Shown here: one piece after another, positions 24,145 through 28,727 of the stretch | How the letters are laid out: the number at the start of each line of letters is the position of its first letter | Position numbering within the stretch: position 1 is the stretch's first letter | IMG/VR virus record: IMGVR_UViG_3300032227_000589 | Location: 1 to 28,727 of that record | From: a virus | Taxonomy: Duplodnaviria > Caudoviricetes | Direction: 5' to 3' (one strand) | DNA length: 28,727 bases | Position numbers and translations under genes: made by a program | Notes under the pieces: generated by a model | The model's input: the letters and a program-made list of their open reading frames with translations, nothing else | The model's database searches: none | What the model was told of the DNA's origin: nothing

Positions 24145-24612
24145 ATGCATTACGTTAAACCTTGGACGCCACACGATGACCAGGTGTTGCGTGAGATCAG
24201 CGGATCTGGTCAGCCGGCCAGGATTGCTGCCGATATTTTGGGTAGATCTAGAAATGCAATTCTAGGTCGCGCCCATAGATTGAATATTAGCTTTGGTCGT
24301 GAGTTTTCTTACAAGCAGCCAGCTAATGACCACAGGATTGATAAGCCAATCAAGGTCAAGAAGCCACGCAATCGACCAGCTGAAGAGACGTTAATCTATC
24401 CGCTTCACGAGATGCCAGAGGCTGCTGTTACGCCATATGGACAGCCTCGAGAGTTATTAGATCTTGAGCCGCATCACTGCCGCTGGGCATGTTTTGAGAT
24501 CGAGGGAACGCATCAGTTTTGTTGCGCTGATCGTATGCCTAATAAGCCATACTGCGTTGAGCATCAGCTAATAGCTTACAGCAAAAGACGGCTCCGCGAG
24601 GTGACGGAATGA
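24145..24612 (+). CDS. gcrA: GcrA-family cell-cycle regulator homologue
   Basis: WT...IAADILGRSRNAILGRAHRL; C-terminal LLDL...CRW...FC...PYCVEHQLIAY. Confidence 0.85.
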   Translation: MHYVKPWTPHDDQVLREISGSGQPARIAADILGRSRNAILGRAHRLNISFGREFSYKQPANDHRIDKPIKVKKPRNRPAEETLIYPLHEMPEAAVTPYGQPRELLDLEPHHCRWACFEIEGTHQFCCADRMPNKPYCVEHQLIAYSKRRLREVTE

Positions 24613-25415
24613 GCCGACATTGGATGCCTTTTTACATTGCCGATTATTTGGCCGACACCAGACGGTTAAGTCTCGCTGAGCATGGTGCCTATATGCTTCT
24701 TATTATGGAGTATTGGCGCAATGGTGGATTGCCAGATGATGATAAAAAGTTAGCTAGAATTATTGGCGCTACGACTAAGGAATGGGTCGAGATACGAGAC
24801 GCTATAGCTGATTTTTTTGATGAAGGTTGGAAGCATAAGCGGATTGATCTAGAGCTCGGAAAACATTGCGTTATCTCTGAAAGACGCAGCGCTGCAGCAA
24901 GCAAAAGATGGACATCCAAAGCAGATGCAAATGCAATGCAAATGCATAACGAAAGCGATGCAAATGCATATGCAAATGGCATGCGATCACAACCACAACC
25001 ACATATATCTTCTAACGAAGATATAAATAATACTTCTACGTCAAAAGCTCCTGACGGCTGCGCCGTCGTCAGCCCATCAAAACGATTTGATGATCAGCTA
25101 CTCAGGACAACTGCAGAAGCCTGGAACGAATTAGCCAACAGCCTTGGCTTAGCAACCGTCGCTAAGCTGACTGATGCTCGGAAGGTAGCGATCACCCGCC
25201 GAGCCAAGGAGCTTGTCGAGGATTTCGATTTTGAAAATCCGGCTGCAGGCTTTTCCGAGTTGTTTTCCAAAATTCGTGGATCTCCATTTCTTCGCGGCAA
25301 TGAAAGCAGCTGGCGCTGTGATTTCGACTGGTGTTTCGCGTTGAGCAATTTCACAAAGATCATGGAAGGCAAATATGAAAATCGGCCTCAAAAAGTCGTT
25401 TCCTTCAGACGATAA
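24609..25415 (+). CDS. Replication initiator (DUF1376/YdaU-like)
   Basis: WMPFYIADYLADT..LS..EHGAYMLLIMEYW; C-terminal FLRG...W.CDFDW...NF.KIMEGKY; internal iterons. Confidence 0.85.
   Translation: MSRHWMPFYIADYLADTRRLSLAEHGAYMLLIMEYWRNGGLPDDDKKLARIIGATTKEWVEIRDAIADFFDEGWKHKRIDLELGKHCVISERRSAAASKRWTSKADANAMQMHNESDANAYANGMRSQPQPHISSNEDINNTSTSKAPDGCAVVSPSKRFDDQLLRTTAEAWNELANSLGLATVAKLTDARKVAITRRAKELVEDFDFENPAAGFSELFSKIRGSPFLRGNESSWRCDFDWCFALSNFTKIMEGKYENRPQKVVSFRR
24925..24981 (+). repeat. Iteron-like repeats, probable replication origin
   Basis: ATGCAAATGCA at 24925, 24936 and 24958, and ATGCAAATGGCA at 24970, followed by an AT-rich stretch near 25004-25035. Confidence 0.7.
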
Positions 25416-25980
25416 TCCATTTTCTGATGCAAAAAGCTATGAGGCAAAAGCTCGAGCTTATTGCTCGCGTGCCGGTCGGCAAGACGGTAGCCATCCGATA
25501 ATTGAGGCCAATACACCCGAGTGGTCTAGGTGGATGGAATACTTCCAACACATCGGCCATCCGCACGCCAAGCTAGACAGCTTTGCTAACAGACGCGGCA
25601 GATTAACAGTTCCTGCAAATACGCCGGATGCTTTTGAACCAGGTTGGCAGGCTAGCGATAGCTTTGATGAGAAAAACCCAGTTGTGTCTAAGCCGACACA
25701 AACTCAGGCGTATGTTTCACCAGAGCAAAAAGCTGCCTCACGTTTACGGATGGACGAGATGTATCAGTCTTTCCGCAAGGGTTGCCCTGGTGGGCTTAAA
25801 TCAACAACTCGAGACGTTAGGGAAGCTGAAGCTGACAAGCGTGCAGCTATCAAATGGCTGGAGGAAAAGCGGCTAAGCAAACTAAACGCTGAACGAGAGG
25901 CGATCCAGATGTCTGATCGCCTTAGCCATCGGCTGGCTGAAATGTTTCCTAGCGATTTTGAATATCAGGCCGCAGAATGA
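25375..25980 (+). CDS. Hypothetical protein (replication-adjacent); start uncertain
   Basis: 201-aa ORF overlapping the end of the initiator gene. Confidence 0.55.
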   Translation: MKIGLKKSFPSDDNPFSDAKSYEAKARAYCSRAGRQDGSHPIIEANTPEWSRWMEYFQHIGHPHAKLDSFANRRGRLTVPANTPDAFEPGWQASDSFDEKNPVVSKPTQTQAYVSPEQKAASRLRMDEMYQSFRKGCPGGLKSTTRDVREAEADKRAAIKWLEEKRLSKLNAEREAIQMSDRLSHRLAEMFPSDFEYQAAE

Positions 25981-26522
25981 AACGCAAAAAGCCCATCACG
26001 CTCGCGCAGCAATATCCGCAAGCATTGTTATCACCAGCTGATGTTGATGACCCGTATGAACCAGGTGCAAAACTTCGCGTGATCAAAAACGTGCGTGAGC
26101 ATGCAATTTCACAGCTTCACAGCACAGGCGTGATTACTGACGACCAACGCATAGCCGCTGAGCTATTCAGAGCTAAATACGAGATGAGCGTTTTAGGCGC
26201 CAGTAAGGCCATTGATTACACCAAAGAGCGTGTAGATGGAGGTCGGCTTGCTGAACCACTCTCAGAACGCGTTCAGGAGGCTTTCCAGTGGCTCAATTCA
26301 GTGGCGCGCTACCCTGGTATAGGCAAGCAAGGTTTTAGCGTCCTCGTGGCTGTATGTGGCGAAGGTAAAGGTTTAATCGAAACGGCTAAATCTTGGTCTG
26401 GTTGCCACGCAGATGGAACGAGAGGCCACGTTTATATTAAAGGCAGATTGATTGAGGCTTTGGAAGAGCTGATCAAACATTCTGGCATGATTGCGGTTGG
26501 CAGCAATCGGAGACGGATATGA
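25977..26522 (+). CDS. Hypothetical protein, candidate late-gene regulator
   Basis: GVITDDQRIAAELFR...ERVDGG...LVAVCGEG; helical C-terminus; end of the early operon. Confidence 0.5.
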   Translation: MKRKKPITLAQQYPQALLSPADVDDPYEPGAKLRVIKNVREHAISQLHSTGVITDDQRIAAELFRAKYEMSVLGASKAIDYTKERVDGGRLAEPLSERVQEAFQWLNSVARYPGIGKQGFSVLVAVCGEGKGLIETAKSWSGCHADGTRGHVYIKGRLIEALEELIKHSGMIAVGSNRRRI

Positions 26523-26707
26523 ACGAAATTCAAGAGTTCATGAATGAGATTGAGCATTTGATTGAGGCTACCCGACGATCCGAGCGTGAGCGTTGCGCTA
26601 AGATTGTTGAGAATTGGCCGATTTACAGCCCATACATCGTGAAGAAACAGCAGATTAAAGACAGGCGCGAAGCGATCGCCGCCGCCATACGAGGTGAAAA
26701 TGATTAA
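26519..26707 (+). CDS. Hypothetical protein
   Basis: ERERCAKIVE...IAAAIR motif common in small phage accessory proteins. Confidence 0.6.
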   Translation: MNEIQEFMNEIEHLIEATRRSERERCAKIVENWPIYSPYIVKKQQIKDRREAIAAAIRGEND

Positions 26708-26951
26708 TTGGAAAACAGAAGCATTACAGGAAGCGGTAGACGCATGGTTTGGTTATCAGGTAAACCTATCGACCGAGATTGCTAAGCAGATCAGCAAAGC
26801 TCTGAATGCCGCTATAGAGGCGCAAGGTGATTTATATCAAAACGGATATAAGGCTGGTCTAGAAGAAGCTGCTAGGATCGCACAAGATCCTTGCTACACA
26901 TACACCGGAGAGTTTATAGCTAAGCGCATTAAGGAGTTAAAGGGTGACTGA
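26694..26951 (+). CDS. Hypothetical protein
   Basis: GLEEAARIA...IAKRIKELK; coupled to its neighbours. Confidence 0.6.
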   Translation: MKMINWKTEALQEAVDAWFGYQVNLSTEIAKQISKALNAAIEAQGDLYQNGYKAGLEEAARIAQDPCYTYTGEFIAKRIKELKGD

Positions 26952-27441
26952 CTATTCAGACCTTGTTGAGCGTTTGCGTGGCAAAAAATTAAACTGCACT
27001 TGTGCCGCTAAGTCAGCCAGCGAGTGCTGTTGCGATACAGATTGGCCTGAGAGTTCTTGTAATGAAGCCGCCGACGCTATTGAGCTTTTACAGCGCGAAC
27101 TAAAGTGTGCGAATGAACTATGGGAGCAGCAAAAGGAACTGGCTTTGGAATATTTGGCTGACATAGAACTATCCGATGAAAATAAACGCATCGCTGAAAT
27201 AGAAGTGATTGCAGAACGGAATTTTAACGGGTGGAACAATGCTGTTGAGGGCCGCATGTTTACGCAAAGGCGCATTGCAGAACTTGAAGCGGCGCTGAAA
27301 CCGTTTGCTGAGGTGGCAGAAAGATATGCTTATCGTTTGCCGAATTCCGGCATGCCAGCTGTAGCAGAAGATGATGTTGTTATGTTTGAGCTAATGTATT
27401 TTCTTCAAGCCCGTAAGGTATTGGGAGAATGCGGTGAATAG
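26944..27441 (+). CDS. Hypothetical Cys-rich/coiled-coil protein
   Basis: DLVERLR, CTCAAKSASECCC, EAADAIE, LEAALKPFA. Confidence 0.6.
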   Translation: MTDYSDLVERLRGKKLNCTCAAKSASECCCDTDWPESSCNEAADAIELLQRELKCANELWEQQKELALEYLADIELSDENKRIAEIEVIAERNFNGWNNAVEGRMFTQRRIAELEAALKPFAEVAERYAYRLPNSGMPAVAEDDVVMFELMYFLQARKVLGECGE

Positions 27442-27573
27442 AGACGCTAATATCCGCATAAATCAAGATTATGTCGAATTTAAAATAGGTCTAAATATGA
27501 CCCATAAAGCTTACAAATGATCCAAATATTGGCCGGTTAATTAGTTCAAAAAAAACGTAGGATGGAGAGGCAG

Positions 27574-27816
27574 ATGATTAAACTTGTTACTTTGTTGACA
27601 CTGGTTGCTTTGCCAGCTCAGGCTGAGACGACCTACTTCTACGGCAACGACGGCCAGAACATCGGCTCTGCTATGTCTGCCGGCAATGCCACGTTTTACT
27701 ACGATGCTCAGGGGAACAATGTAGGCACAGCTCTGCCAGCTGGTAATACGACCTATTTCTACGGGAACAATGGTGAGAGCTTCAGCGCTCAGACTGTCGG
27801 ACGTAGCCAGCGGTAA
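27574..27816 (+). CDS. Small secreted repeat protein (moron-like)
   Basis: RBS GGAGAGG; signal peptide ending AQA; three 19-aa T(Y/F)(F/Y)YxxxG repeats; AT-rich upstream gap. Confidence 0.7.
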   Translation: MIKLVTLLTLVALPAQAETTYFYGNDGQNIGSAMSAGNATFYYDAQGNNVGTALPAGNTTYFYGNNGESFSAQTVGRSQR

Positions 27817-27908
27817 GTTATTTAAACGACCCTATTGCAAGTGTCAGCGACTTGAGTTGTATTTGCTATATCGCGTAGCACGCGTGACGACCACCTCTTT
27901 GCTTTGAG

Positions 27909-27944
27909 AACCCGTTGGCAGAAATGCTGGCGGGTTTTTATTTT
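27909..27944 (+). terminator. Intrinsic terminator upstream of the late genes
   Basis: AACCCGTTGGCA-GAAA-TGCTGGCGGGTT (12-bp stem with G.U pairs) followed by a T-rich tail. Confidence 0.75.
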
Positions 27945-27958
27945 GCGCTAAGGCCAAT

Positions 27959-28123
27959 ATGAACACTGAAGATCTTGAGCGTATCAGAGATGAAGGCCAA
28001 GAGATCATCGAGTATGTCATGGCGCAAAAGGACTGCAGCCTTCCAGAGGCGATAGAAGAGGTTACAGCCTGGTTGATCGGTGAGATCCTGGGATTAGAAA
28101 TCGAGCGGGTGACGCTACACTGA
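27959..28123 (+). CDS. 54-aa acidic protein (not in ORF track)
   Basis: MNTEDLERIRDEGQEIIEYV...ERVTLH; TGATG overlap with terS. Confidence 0.6.
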   Translation: MNTEDLERIRDEGQEIIEYVMAQKDCSLPEAIEEVTAWLIGEILGLEIERVTLH

Positions 28124-28727
28124 TGACGACTGAAAATTTTTCCGGCCCGAATAAATCTACCGCTAAGCCAAAAGCTAGTAAGGCGGCTTCGGGCAAGTCT
28201 GTCAGTAAGGGTAAGATACAGGTAGTAGAGAAACAACCAGCCAAGATGGGAAGACCATCAAACTATAACGAGAGGCTGGCAGAAGAGTTCTGTAGACGTA
28301 TAGCGTTGGGTAGATCGCTAAGGTCAGTGTGTGAAGATCCAGACATGCCTGGATCATCGACAGTGATTGAGTGGAAGTTAGAGAAAGCTGATTTCGCGGC
28401 ACGTTACGCCCGCGCAATGGAAGATCGTGGTCTATCGTATGGCGATCAGATCTCAGATCTCATCAACAAGGTTCTTGAAGGCAAGTATGAGGTAGATCGC
28501 GCAAGATTGGCGCTGGATGGCCTCAAGTGGACTGCAGCTAGGTTAGCACCCAAGCAATACGGCGAACGCACCAGCGTCGAAGTAACGGCTGATATAGGGC
28601 AAACAGCAGCGACTGTATTGATGGAACTTACAGCTCGCGCAAAGCAAGCCAAGCAGATTGAGCATCAGGTGGTGGACGTCACACCACAACGGTTTGCAGA
28701 TACGCTGCCATCTGAGCAGGAACAATA
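28123..28727 (+). CDS. terS: Terminase small subunit (Sf6 gp1-like), runs to the window end (not in ORF track)
   Basis: Manual translation: MGRPSNYNERLAEEFCRRIALGRSLRSVCEDPDMP...FAARYARA...LKWTAARLAPKQYG. Confidence 0.88.
   Translation, partial: MTTENFSGPNKSTAKPKASKAASGKSVSKGKIQVVEKQPAKMGRPSNYNERLAEEFCRRIALGRSLRSVCEDPDMPGSSTVIEWKLEKADFAARYARAMEDRGLSYGDQISDLINKVLEGKYEVDRARLALDGLKWTAARLAPKQYGERTSVEVTADIGQTAATVLMELTARAKQAKQIEHQVVDVTPQRFADTLPSEQEQ

Noticed and set aside
27537-27551. Possible CtrA box upstream of the secreted mini-protein
   Set aside because: TTAA-N7 is followed by AAAA, so it is a half-site only.
27844-28725. Several minus-strand ORFs in the track
   Set aside because: Antisense to the clearly recognisable terS and its upstream ORF on the plus strand.

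Overview
About 28.7 kb of a temperate, P22/Sf6-like (short-tailed) bacteriophage, most likely infecting Alphaproteobacteria (GcrA homologue, alpha-type LexA box, CtrA box). From left to right: a diversity-generating retroelement (3' end of the target gene with VR 115-235, GRNA-loop hairpin, avd, TR 691-811, structured spacer, RT); tail and ejection genes; a lysis module; an HTH-metallophosphoesterase; an intact attP-like site (3' part of tRNA-Ser(UGA)) with integrase and Xis; a leftward recombination operon containing a frameshift-split YqaJ exonuclease; the immunity switch; a rightward replication operon; and the terminase small subunit, which runs off the end. The most notable items are (1) the DGR, where all 25 VR/TR mismatches fall on TR adenines, and (2) an immunity switch that appears wired to host regulators: a repressor with no autocleavage domain, a LexA-boxed unannotated 49-aa candidate antirepressor ending in a G13 tract, a perfect CtrA box upstream of the repressor, and an apparently leaderless cro. 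All protein calls come from motif recognition by eye, not from database searches.
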